DNA of 32,000 nucleotides from an uncultured Chloroflexia bacterium. Its GTDB lineage: Bacteria > Chloroflexota > Ktedonobacteria > Ktedonobacterales > JADMIN01. Under the pieces are notes generated by a model. It was not told where the DNA came from and made no database searches. It saw nothing but the letters and a program-made list of their open reading frames with translations. The position numbers were made by a program, and so were the translations under genes. The stretch covers positions 330,001 to 362,000 of the forward strand of contig CAVRAI010000004.1 of assembly GCA_963718915.1 (NCBI GenBank), given 5' to 3'. The first letter of the stretch is position 1, and the number at the start of each line of letters is the position of its first letter. This document shows positions 7,848 through 16,102 of this stretch, piece after piece.

Positions 7848-8818
7848 CGGAGCCGGTGCATTCCGCGCGTTTTCGGCCAACCACCGCCGAGCGCTGGCCG
7901 TACTGAACTCGGAGCGGCAGGGGCTTGATGCCAGGCCTCTGTCCCAGGCAATATCGGGGCGACTGGCGTGCCAGACGCTGGCCGTGTGGATGGGGCCTCC
8001 TCTGGCGTTGCAGAGCCTGATGCGCCCGCTGTTGCTGGGGCGCCGGATTGAGGCGACGCGGTATTCGCTGCCGTGAGCGCGTGCGCGGGCATGGTGGAAA
8101 CAACAGGCGCCCCAGCACGCGATGAGGACGCCTGCCTGGTCTGCGTCATGGCGCGAATGGCATCGCGGCGGGTGTCGGCGAGTTGTGTTTCGTGCATGGC
8201 TGCCAGCATCTTTTGGCCGCTGACCAGGAGCACCCCCGCCCCGATGATGAAAAGATAGAGTCCACCCTGGGGCGAGAGCAGAAGGTTGGATGGATCGCTG
8301 CCGAAAGATTGCGCGAAGATTTGTGTGAGGGGCGCGAGCAGCAGCCAGATCGATCCGGCGATGCCCGCGCAGAACGCGCCAATGATCAGCGGGAGGGCCG
8401 ACCAGATGGGGTGCTGGCGGAGAGATGGTGTGAAGACGGGCAGTATTGCCGCTGCCAGCAGCGCCACCACCACAATCACCGGAGCGCCAAGACTGGCAGG
8501 CGTGACATTCTGACCGTTAACGCTGACCCAGGGTAACAGGAGATCGGCCGCCATACCCAGCGAGACGCCCAGCACGAAGCGCCCTGGCAAATCGCGGGGC
8601 AAACCGGTCGCCGATACGTCGCCGACATATTTGACCGCAGTCGCGTTCTGCGACGAAGGTGGAGGTGTCGCCCGCGTTCCAGCCGCGAACATATCTGGGG
8701 TCGCTTGCGCGGGCTGTGGCTCGACCATCGAGCGCTCGCGGTCGCCGTAGACATGCCCGCAGGCCGGACAGACTCGTGCCCGAACAGCCATCTCCGTGCC
8801 GCATTCGAGGCAGAACAT
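7844..8818 (-). CDS. Zinc-ribbon membrane protein (N-terminal CxxC...CxxC, disordered linker, ~4-5 TM, low-complexity tail)
   Basis: 324 aa. MFCLECGTEMAVRARVCPACGH is the zinc ribbon. GGGAGGAG lies 5 nt upstream of the ATG (complement of 8816-8818). The stop codon overlaps the stop of the convergent FHA gene within TTAA at 7844-7847. Confidence 0.75.
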   Translation of the reverse strand: MFCLECGTEMAVRARVCPACGHVYGDRERSMVEPQPAQATPDMFAAGTRATPPPSSQNATAVKYVGDVSATGLPRDLPGRFVLGVSLGMAADLLLPWVSVNGQNVTPASLGAPVIVVVALLAAAILPVFTPSLRQHPIWSALPLIIGAFCAGIAGSIWLLLAPLTQIFAQSFGSDPSNLLLSPQGGLYLFIIGAGVLLVSGQKMLAAMHETQLADTRRDAIRAMTQTRQASSSRAGAPVVSTMPAHALTAANTASPQSGAPATAGASGSATPEEAPSTRPASGTPVAPILPGTEAWHQAPAAPSSVRPALGGGWPKTRGMHRLR

Positions 8819-8884
8819 GCATGCTCCTCCCGCGAATCACGTCCCGCGCCACGCGATCCCAATGTACCCCACGCTATGAACCCT

Positions 8885-8912
8885 GATGAGATGAGATGAG
8901 ATGAGATGAGAT
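8885..8912. repeat. Pentanucleotide microsatellite (GATGA)5 plus a partial unit, intergenic
   Basis: Read directly: GATGA at 8885, 8890, 8895, 8900 and 8905, then GAT. It lies 67-94 nt upstream of the Zn-ribbon gene start and just downstream of the TPR gene stop (8922). Confidence 0.95.
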
Positions 8913-8921
8913 AGGCGAGAA

Positions 8922-10370
8922 CTAGGAATCCTCCTCGTCTATCTCGTCCATCTCGGCCTCTTCGGCGGCATGCAATTCTGCCGCTCGCTGCATTGCCTCC
9001 TCGGCCTCTGATTGGCGACCAGCCGCTACAAGCGTCTGCGCGAGTGTCTCATATGCGACCGCCATCTCTGGATCGAGCGAGACGGCCGTTTCCGCCATCT
9101 CGACCGCATCGTTGGTTCGCCCTGCCGCGAGGTAGGTATCGGCGAGATCGTTACAAATGGTCGGATTGAGCGGGTCGGCAATCCGCGCCTGCTCATACGA
9201 CGCGATTGCCTCATCGTGACGACCAAGCGCATCGTAGGCTGACGCCTGCTCGTAGAGCGCCTCCGGGTCATCGGGGAAGCGCTGCAAATACTCGTCGGCA
9301 ACCGTGAGCGCCTCGTCATAGCGTCCGGCGAGGTTGAGTGATGCTGCCAGCCCGGAGTAGGCGTCGGCCAGCGCCTCTTCGTCGTCGTCGGCGTCGCTAT
9401 GTTCCTTGACCAGTCCCGTGAACGCCTCAATCGCCTCGTCGTAGCGTTCGGCGTCGCGGAGCGCCTCGGCCAGGCTGAACCGCAGCCCACTTGATTCGGG
9501 CGTCAGGTCAGAGGCCTTCCGGTATGCTTCGATAGCCTCGTCTGAAAGGCCCTGCTCTTCGCGCCAGGCCCCCAGGTGTTCCCACGCCTCGGCGTCGTCG
9601 GGAGCAAGCTGCACGACGTGTTGCCACGCCTCAGCCGCCTCGTCTACGCGCGCCAGCGCCTCATACGTTGTCGCCTGCGTGCGATAGGTATCGGGGCTTT
9701 CCGGCTCCAGAGCCACCATCTGGTTCGCCAGCGCCAGCGCGTCCTGCTCGCGATGCGCCTCCAGATACGAGTGCACCAGCGTGGCGTAGCGATCCACGTC
9801 GCGTGGGTCTTCATCCAGGCGCTTCTCCAGCGTCGCGATATGCTCGGATTGCTCTCTCTGGCGCTCGCGCACATCCAGCAGGTTATCCGCCGCCAGGGTG
9901 TTCTCTGGCTCCAGAATCTGCGCCTGGCGATAGGCAAGAATCGCATCATCGAAGAAGCCAAGCTGGCGATAGGCATCGCCAACGTTGATGAACAACTCGG
10001 CGTTGCCAGTATCCAGCTCTAGCGCCCGCTGGAAGACCTCCAGCGCCTCTTCCTGCAAGCCAAGCTCGCCGTAGAGATTGCCCAGATTGATGTACGCCTC
10101 CATCAGCGCTTGATCCAGCCGGATCGCGCGCATATAGGATGCGATGGCGCCTTCAACGTCGCCGAGATGTTGTCGGGCGAGCGCCAGATTATAGCGCGCG
10201 CGCGCATCCCCAGGCGCGGTTGCCACGGCCTGTGCGAATGCTTCTTCGGCGGCCTCGTAATCGCCAGCGGCTGCCGCCTCATTGCCCTGGCGTAGGAACG
10301 CCTGCCCTGCTCCATCGGCGCTGTTGCCGTTCGAGCCAGATGCACCCCTGTTCTGAGCGTCGTATGGCAT
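8922..10370 (-). CDS. Tetratricopeptide-repeat (TPR) protein with an acidic C-terminus
   Basis: 482 aa. More than 10 tandem ~34-aa units with the A-x-x-x-Y/F...A...P pattern (e.g. AIASYMRAIRLDQALMEAYINLGNLY, ALEVFQRALELDTGNAELFINVGDAY). No TM segments. Confidence 0.85.
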   Translation of the reverse strand: MPYDAQNRGASGSNGNSADGAGQAFLRQGNEAAAAGDYEAAEEAFAQAVATAPGDARARYNLALARQHLGDVEGAIASYMRAIRLDQALMEAYINLGNLYGELGLQEEALEVFQRALELDTGNAELFINVGDAYRQLGFFDDAILAYRQAQILEPENTLAADNLLDVRERQREQSEHIATLEKRLDEDPRDVDRYATLVHSYLEAHREQDALALANQMVALEPESPDTYRTQATTYEALARVDEAAEAWQHVVQLAPDDAEAWEHLGAWREEQGLSDEAIEAYRKASDLTPESSGLRFSLAEALRDAERYDEAIEAFTGLVKEHSDADDDEEALADAYSGLAASLNLAGRYDEALTVADEYLQRFPDDPEALYEQASAYDALGRHDEAIASYEQARIADPLNPTICNDLADTYLAAGRTNDAVEMAETAVSLDPEMAVAYETLAQTLVAAGRQSEAEEAMQRAAELHAAEEAEMDEIDEEDS

Positions 10371-10404
10371 AGTAGGTTTCTCCGGTCACTGTTCGCAGTG
10401 AAAA

Positions 10405-11637
10405 TTAGAGCGCCGCAAGTGAGGCGTCCAGTTTCTCCATCGCCTCATCAACATCACTGCGCTCGATAATCAGCGGCGGGACGAAGCGAATGGTGGAAGG
10501 CCCCGCATTCGTTACCAGCAGGCCTCGTTCCATCGCCTGATCCATAATATCCTGTGCCTTTGGATCCGCCAGATCGAAGGCGCGCATCAGGCCGAGCCCA
10601 CGCTGGCCGGTAATGATGCTGCTGTGGCGGCTGCGCAGTTCCTGTATCCGACCTTCGAGGTATTCGCCCAGGTCGTCGGCATGCTCGACGAGCTGCTCGT
10701 CGACGATGGTGCGGACGGTGGCGACGCCAGCGGCGCAGGCGATAAGGTTACCGCCAAAGGTCGTGCCATGGTCGCCCGGCTCAAAGATGTCAGCGCGCGG
10801 AGCGGCAAGCATCGCGCCAATCGGTACCCCGCCCGCCAGTCCCTTCGCCATCGTCGTGATATCGGGGCGAACCTCCATATTCTCCCAGCTAAAGAACTTG
10901 CCAGTGCGGCCCATGCCCGCCTGCACCTCGTCGATAATCAGAATGAGGTTCTGCTCGTCGCACCACGCGCGCAGCCCCTGAAGGTAGTCGGTTGAGGCCG
11001 GATAGATGCCGCCCTCGCCCTGCACCGCCTCGATGAGGATGGCGCACGTTTTCTCATCGGTCGCCACTTTGACAGCATCAAGATCGTTGAACGGCACCTG
11101 CTTGAAGCCATCGGGAAGCGGCTGCCAGGTATCCTGATACTTCTTCTGGCCGGTGGCGGCGGTGGTTGCCAGCGTGCGTCCATGGAACGAGCGCTCCATG
11201 CTGATGACGCCAAACGCGCCGTTGCGATTCAGCCGCCCATACTTGCGGGCGAGCTTGATGGCGCCCTCATTCGCCTCAGCGCCGCTATTGGAGAAGAATG
11301 AGCGCATGCCGCCGCTGAGGTTATAGAGTTGCTCGGCCAGTTCCACCTGGCGCTCGTTGATGTAGAGGTTCGAGACATGGATGAGCTTGGTGGCCTGCTC
11401 CTGAATCGCGCGCACCACGTTCGGATGCACATGGCCCAGGACGTTGGTGGCGATACCCGCAACCAGATCGAGGTATTCCGTGCCGTTCGCATCCCAGACG
11501 CGCGCGCCCTGGCCACGTTCCATTACCAGATTGCGCTTGAAAGTGTGCTGGTAATACTTGTTTTCGAGGGCTACCCAGTCGCGCTTCTCTGGCTGCTGCC
11601 CCGCGGTCGTCTCGCCGGAGGGTGTCGTCGTGGTCAT
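10405..11637 (-). CDS. argD: Acetylornithine aminotransferase (class III PLP aminotransferase)
   Basis: The track ORF is 10405..11673. I prefer the ATG at 11637 (AAGGAG 7 nt upstream). Motifs: YLDLVAGIATNVLGHVHPNVV, SNSGAEANEGAIKLARKYG, LIIDEVQAGMGRTGKFF, TFGGN. It sits next to argJ. Confidence 0.9.
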   Translation of the reverse strand: MTTTTPSGETTAGQQPEKRDWVALENKYYQHTFKRNLVMERGQGARVWDANGTEYLDLVAGIATNVLGHVHPNVVRAIQEQATKLIHVSNLYINERQVELAEQLYNLSGGMRSFFSNSGAEANEGAIKLARKYGRLNRNGAFGVISMERSFHGRTLATTAATGQKKYQDTWQPLPDGFKQVPFNDLDAVKVATDEKTCAILIEAVQGEGGIYPASTDYLQGLRAWCDEQNLILIIDEVQAGMGRTGKFFSWENMEVRPDITTMAKGLAGGVPIGAMLAAPRADIFEPGDHGTTFGGNLIACAAGVATVRTIVDEQLVEHADDLGEYLEGRIQELRSRHSSIITGQRGLGLMRAFDLADPKAQDIMDQAMERGLLVTNAGPSTIRFVPPLIIERSDVDEAMEKLDASLAAL

Positions 11638-11687
11638 GCGATTACTCCTTGTGTCTTTGGGATGGCGCACCATCGCGCTATCGCGTG

Positions 11688-12938
11688 CTAGCGGGTATAT
11701 TCGGCGTTCTCTTCGATGTAGCCGTGAGTCAGGTCGCAGCCCCAGGCCATCGCCGACGCATCGCCGAGATGCAGGTCAACGTCCACCGCGACCTCTGGCT
11801 GGCCCATCACCTGTTTTGCCGCCTCCTGGTCGTAGTCGGTCGCCACGCCGTTGTGAACCACCAGAATCCCGCCGAGCGAGATATCCAGCTTATTGTGGTC
11901 GAGGTCGGCGCCGCTCTTGCCCAGCGCCGCGATGACCCGGCCCCAGTTGGGATCGCTGCCCGCGATGGCGCACTGCCAGATGGGCGAGTTGGTGATGGCG
12001 CGGGCGGCTTTGCGCGCGTCGGTTCGGGTGGGCGCGTTGCGCACCGTGACCGTCTGGAAGCGCGATGCGCCTTCACCGTCGCGGGGAATCTCGCGCGCGA
12101 GATAGCGTGTTACGTGGCGAAGGGCCGCCTCGAAGAGCGCCGCGTCGGGCGACGATGCATTCAACGGCGTGTTGCCCGCGACGCCGCTGGCGAAGAGCAG
12201 CACCGTGTCATTGGTGGACATATCGCCGTCCACACAGACCATGTTGAACGAGTCATCGACCGCCGCGCTCAACATCTGCTGCAAGAAGGCTGGCTCGGCT
12301 GCGGCGTCGGTGGTGATGTAGCAGAGCATCGTCGCCATGTTGGGGTAGATCATGCCCGCGCCCTTGGTCGAGCCGCCGAGGCGTACAGTCTTGCCCTCCA
12401 CCGTGAACTCGACGGCAATTGTCTTGGTGCGCGTATCGGTCGTGATGATACCCTGGGCAAAGTCGGGGCCGCCATCAGGATGAACCTCGATCTGCGCGAC
12501 GCCTTTTTCCACTTTGTCGATGGGCAGCCGTCGCCCAATGATGCCAGTGGAGGAGACGAGCACGAGCGACGGATCGACGCCGAGCTTCTGTGCGGTCACG
12601 TCGGCCATGCGGCGGGCGTCGAGCATACCCTGCTCGCCGTTGGAGCAGTTGGCGTTGCCGCTGTTGACGACGACCGCCTGGGCATGTCCGCCCGTCGATG
12701 CCAGCTTCTCGCGGTCGAGCAGGACAGTGTGTGAGGCGGTCTTGCTGGTGGTGAAGGTTCCAGCGGCGGCGCACGGCCCATCGGCGACGAGCAGCGCAAG
12801 ATCTGGCAGGCCCGCGTCTGACTTGATACCGCAGGCAGTGTTTCCGGCGCGGAAGCCCTGCGCGGCGGTGACTCCGCCATCCACAAGGCGGAGGCCAGCG
12901 GCCAGGTCGCGCGTCATCAGCTCAGGATAATCTGTCAC
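11688..12938 (-). CDS. argJ: Bifunctional glutamate N-acetyltransferase / amino-acid acetyltransferase
   Basis: 416 aa. GVTAAQGFRAGNTACGIK, VVNSGNANCSNG and KGAGMIYPNMATMLCYITTDAAA (the autoprocessing site context A-T-M-L) are typical of ArgJ. GTG start with GAGGAG 8 nt upstream. Confidence 0.9.
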   Translation of the reverse strand: MTDYPELMTRDLAAGLRLVDGGVTAAQGFRAGNTACGIKSDAGLPDLALLVADGPCAAAGTFTTSKTASHTVLLDREKLASTGGHAQAVVVNSGNANCSNGEQGMLDARRMADVTAQKLGVDPSLVLVSSTGIIGRRLPIDKVEKGVAQIEVHPDGGPDFAQGIITTDTRTKTIAVEFTVEGKTVRLGGSTKGAGMIYPNMATMLCYITTDAAAEPAFLQQMLSAAVDDSFNMVCVDGDMSTNDTVLLFASGVAGNTPLNASSPDAALFEAALRHVTRYLAREIPRDGEGASRFQTVTVRNAPTRTDARKAARAITNSPIWQCAIAGSDPNWGRVIAALGKSGADLDHNKLDISLGGILVVHNGVATDYDQEAAKQVMGQPEVAVDVDLHLGDASAMAWGCDLTHGYIEENAEYTR

Positions 12939-13084
12939 GTTAAAGGCTCCTCGACGAGCAGGTGTACTTCAGCAGCAGTGCGTTCGCACGGCTGTCACGA
13001 CAGGTGATACGATGGTTTGCGCTGGTCGCCCGCTCCGACACGTGATGAGACGCGGGTAATACACAGGCTACGCTATTGTACATC

Positions 13085-13113
13085 GCGGGCAATGCCGTCG
13101 CAAGCGGGCGCTA
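13085..13113 (-). promoter_or_regulatory. Candidate sigma70-type promoter for argJ-argD (TTGCGA-17 nt-TACAAT on the minus strand)
   Basis: The complement of 13108-13113 is TTGCGA and the complement of 13085-13090 is TACAAT, with exactly 17 nt between them. This implies a ~140-nt leader before the argJ GTG at 12938. Confidence 0.45.
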
Positions 13114-13212
13114 AGTGTGTCGGGCCATGGATGATGTGCAGGCTGGTGTCAAACGTGTATACTCATGCTGGCAATCAGCGTGGGTAGATGGCCCAGATGT
13201 AGGAGTGATGGT

Positions 13213-13908
13213 ATGACTCAAGAGGTGGCGGCTACCATGAGCGCGCCGGAGGGCGGGCTGTTGCGAGCGTGGATCGATGCACTGGCGCATCCCGAATACG
13301 AGACATACGCGCGCTGGTATCTGCGGATGAATGCCCGCTGGCGGCGCATCTCACTCGCGGTCTCGCTGCCATTGCTGCTGATCGCGATTCTTGTGGTTAT
13401 TGCTCATGACGCTATGCGCGTGGGCAATAGCTTCCAGACGTTAACGCTAAGCCGCTTTCTGAGTTACCTTGGCTCGCCGCACGGCCTCTTTGAGCTATTT
13501 GACTTATTCGCTGCTGCGCTGCTGACGATAGTTGCGATTCCCGCAACTGCTGCTTTATTCGCGCATCGCAGCATTGGCCGATACCACATCCGCTGCTATA
13601 TCGCCTACTGCACATTCATGCAAACATTGCCCATGGCCTGCGTTTTCCTGGTACTGGGCGCCATGGGGTATCTGGTTTTAGGCTTCTTCGATTCGACGTC
13701 GTTCGTTCATCAGATCGCTGTCATTGTCTTTGTCTTCTCGCCAGTAAACGTGGCATGGGGGCTTGGCTGCACAGGACTCTGCGCGGCCACACTCCGAAAT
13801 ACCTATCTAGTATGGTCAGTGACACTGGCGGTATATGTCGTCATCGTTTTGCTCATGTGGCATCTGCTAGGACATATCCTGGTATCAATCGGATACCCGG
13901 TACTCTGA
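13213..13908 (+). CDS. Hypothetical multipass membrane protein (5-6 TM)
   Basis: The track ORF is 13165..13908. I prefer the ATG at 13213 (AGGAG at 13201-13205). Cytoplasmic N-terminus, then hydrophobic helices throughout. Noticeably more A/T-rich than neighbouring genes. I recognise no family motif. Confidence 0.65.
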   Translation: MTQEVAATMSAPEGGLLRAWIDALAHPEYETYARWYLRMNARWRRISLAVSLPLLLIAILVVIAHDAMRVGNSFQTLTLSRFLSYLGSPHGLFELFDLFAAALLTIVAIPATAALFAHRSIGRYHIRCYIAYCTFMQTLPMACVFLVLGAMGYLVLGFFDSTSFVHQIAVIVFVFSPVNVAWGLGCTGLCAATLRNTYLVWSVTLAVYVVIVLLMWHLLGHILVSIGYPVL

Positions 13909-13950
13909 GTGTTTCCCTTGCATGAGGAAGAGATGGCTGAATGGCGACGC

Positions 13951-15813
13951 TCAGTCAAAAAAGATACCGCTGACTACCGCATTGGAATTCAGATTGGTCA
14001 CTGTGAAGCGCACGTGTCCGCGCACCAGCCACACCAGATACTTACCGCCGCGGAACTGATCGTTTGCGTTCGTGTCGCCTTTGGCCTGCCCCACTGTGCG
14101 TGAGTCGAGTACCTTGCCGGTAGTGGCGTTCACTGCCTCGATGCGCTCCACACGCCCACCCCCATAGCCATCCCAGTCCAGCAGATACATCGCCAGTCGA
14201 TGTGTTGCGCCGTCGGTCACCCCGATGTCAATCGTGAAAGTCGGACTGACGTTAGTATACCAACACGCCGCGATGCGGCCAGATCCTCCCGCGCCGGGGG
14301 GCTTCTGGAGAGCGCGCGTGTCAGTTGTTCCATCTGCCCAGACATAGAGGCTTTCCGAATTGATATTCACGATCAGATAGCCGGGAATCTTGTTAAATGT
14401 TGGATATGATGAATGGATAATGTCGTTGGGCGCCAGGATATATCCTTGCCCGCCATATTTGCCAGTCCAGTTTCCACCAGTCGTGGTGTCCACCTTCACG
14501 AAAGTCGCCTGTACGGCAGGCGGTGGTACCGGAGTGGCAGTGGGAACGGAAGTTGGTGTAGGTGAAGGTACAGGAGTGAGCGTGGGAGTGGGCGAGGGTA
14601 GAAGTGTCGCCGTCGGGTGAGCTGTTGGCCCGAAACCGAAAATCGGCAGCTCCATCTGGCGGGCGACGCCATAGGATGCCGCCCCGCAAAGGCTCACCAC
14701 CAGCACACCTACTGCCAGCGCCATGAACAGCGCGCGCCTCGTCAACGGCGCGCGGCGGGTTCCTTCTCGCCGATCTTCACGCCTGTTCCCAGGCCCGAGC
14801 CATGCCGCGGCGGTAACACGCGAATCTTCCAGGGAAGGCGGCTCCGTTGGCATCTCATCCGCACTTCCCGAACGTGCGCGGAAGGGGTTGCCCCTGATGG
14901 CATTCTCGCGCGTTGTGCGCCGCAGCCCAGGCAGCCCGGTGAGCAGGCTCGTGCCCTTCGGGAAGACGGCTCGCCGCGCGGCGAATCCGAAGCTGCTCGC
15001 GTCGGGGTAGCGCGCCGCTGGATCGGAGGCGAGCGCGATCATTACGACATCCTCAAGCTCCTCGCTGATGCCAGGTACGAGCGTCGAGGGGGGAGTGATC
15101 TTGCCCTGCAGAGAAAGCGCCGCCACCTGATACGGTGTCTCGGCCTCATGTGGGGAGTGCCCAGTGAGCAATTCATACAACACCGCGCCCAGCGCATAGA
15201 TATCGGCGCGCTCGTCAATGGACTCGCCACGCAACTGCTCGGGCGCCATGTATTCCGGCGTTCCGACCGGCAGGCCCGTCGCCGAGAGTGTCTGCGCCAT
15301 GCGGCCCGTGCGCGACATCGTCACGGGTCGGGCGATGCCAAAATCAGTCAGGAACGCCTCGTCCTTATCGTTGAGTAGAATGTTTTCCGGCTTGACATCG
15401 CGATGCACTAGGCCCGCCGCGTGCGCCACCGAGAGCGCCGAGGCGATCTGCACGATGAGTCGTCCAGCCTCCTTTGGCGCAAGCCTGCCTTCCCGCTCCA
15501 GCCGGTCGCGCAGCGACTCGTTAAGTAGGGGCATCACATGGTACAGGAGAGGGCCTTCTTCGCCAAAGTGGTAGACCGGAACGATATGGGGATGATTGAG
15601 CGCCGCAACACGTTGCGCCTCCGTGCGGAAACGCTGCACGTAGTTCGGGTCGCTCGCCAGCGAGGCGGGCAATACCTTGACGGCGACCGGCCGCTTGAGC
15701 TTCACGTCGAAGCCGCGATAGACCTCCGCCATGCCGCCCGCGCCGAGTAATCCCTGTAGCTGAAAGTCGCCAAGTTGTTTGCCTGTCAGACTTCCCGCGC
15801 CCGCTGACGTCAC
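13951..15813 (-). CDS. Receptor-type Ser/Thr protein kinase: Hanks kinase domain, one TM, Pro/Thr linker, unassigned beta-rich C-terminal ectodomain
   Basis: 620 aa. GTG start with AGGAGG 5 nt upstream. Kinase motifs: GAGGMAEVYRG, VAVKVL, HRDVKPENILL, DFGIA, GTPEYMAPE. TM: ALFMALAVGVLVVSLCGAASYGV. Linker: PTATLLPSPTPTLTPVPSPTPTSVPTATPVPPP. The C-terminal ~190 aa is rich in beta-strand-like segments (...HRLAMYLLDWDGYGGGRVERIEAVNATTGKVLDSRTV...GKYLVWLVRGHVRFTVTNLNSNAVVSGIFFD). Confidence 0.9.
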   Translation of the reverse strand: MTSAGAGSLTGKQLGDFQLQGLLGAGGMAEVYRGFDVKLKRPVAVKVLPASLASDPNYVQRFRTEAQRVAALNHPHIVPVYHFGEEGPLLYHVMPLLNESLRDRLEREGRLAPKEAGRLIVQIASALSVAHAAGLVHRDVKPENILLNDKDEAFLTDFGIARPVTMSRTGRMAQTLSATGLPVGTPEYMAPEQLRGESIDERADIYALGAVLYELLTGHSPHEAETPYQVAALSLQGKITPPSTLVPGISEELEDVVMIALASDPAARYPDASSFGFAARRAVFPKGTSLLTGLPGLRRTTRENAIRGNPFRARSGSADEMPTEPPSLEDSRVTAAAWLGPGNRREDRREGTRRAPLTRRALFMALAVGVLVVSLCGAASYGVARQMELPIFGFGPTAHPTATLLPSPTPTLTPVPSPTPTSVPTATPVPPPAVQATFVKVDTTTGGNWTGKYGGQGYILAPNDIIHSSYPTFNKIPGYLIVNINSESLYVWADGTTDTRALQKPPGAGGSGRIAACWYTNVSPTFTIDIGVTDGATHRLAMYLLDWDGYGGGRVERIEAVNATTGKVLDSRTVGQAKGDTNANDQFRGGKYLVWLVRGHVRFTVTNLNSNAVVSGIFFD

Positions 15814-15998
15814 ATCGTCCTCCTGCCCTGCCGCCCTCCACTGTCAGCGCCTCACCCGGCTGCACGAATCCTGTGGCATGATCGCTGGCCGTCCGATGCG
15901 CCCACAGGATACTGCAATGCGTGGGATACCGCAATGCTCAGGACACAAAACAGCCAGTTGCGCTCCTCACATGGCACGCCGCACGCTCTCTTGCCCAT

Positions 15999-16026
15999 TT
16001 GGCGGCCTGGGTATCCCGTGTATACT
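15999..16026 (+). promoter_or_regulatory. Candidate sigma70-type promoter for the TIR-FGE gene (TTGGCG-16 nt-TATACT)
   Basis: TTGGCG at 15999-16004 and TATACT at 16021-16026, ~77 nt upstream of the ATG at 16103. Confidence 0.4.
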
Positions 16027-16102
16027 GATGCTGACCATGCAGGGGGAGAAGATCGGTTCAGCGGGCGTGGATGCGTCTGCGTGTAAGGGGAGGAGAGGCG
16101 AA

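Noticed and set aside
8885-8912. Whether the GATGA tract could be a CRISPR array or a coding repeat
   Set aside because: The units are 5 nt with no spacers and lie outside any supported ORF. It is a simple microsatellite. No CRISPR-like repeat-spacer structure was seen anywhere in the window.
11622-12734. 370-aa plus-strand ORF
   Set aside because: It is entirely antisense to argJ/argD, whose products carry unmistakable family motifs. This is a typical long shadow ORF of GC-rich DNA. The other ORFs nested in 10587-12930 are rejected for the same reason.
14617-15378. 253-aa plus-strand ORF inside the kinase gene
   Set aside because: It is antisense to the Hanks kinase domain, which has all canonical motifs.
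15779-16102. N-terminal extensions proposed by the ORF track: 15779 for TIR-FGE, 17479 for the hydratase, 18355 for the thiolase, 21910 for def, 10405..11673 for argD, and 31209 and 31666 for the two right-end genes
   Set aside because: In each case an internal ATG preceded by a Shine-Dalgarno-like tract gives a protein starting where the family normally starts. The extensions run through promoter or REP-like repeat sequence and read as Arg/Cys/Pro-rich noise.
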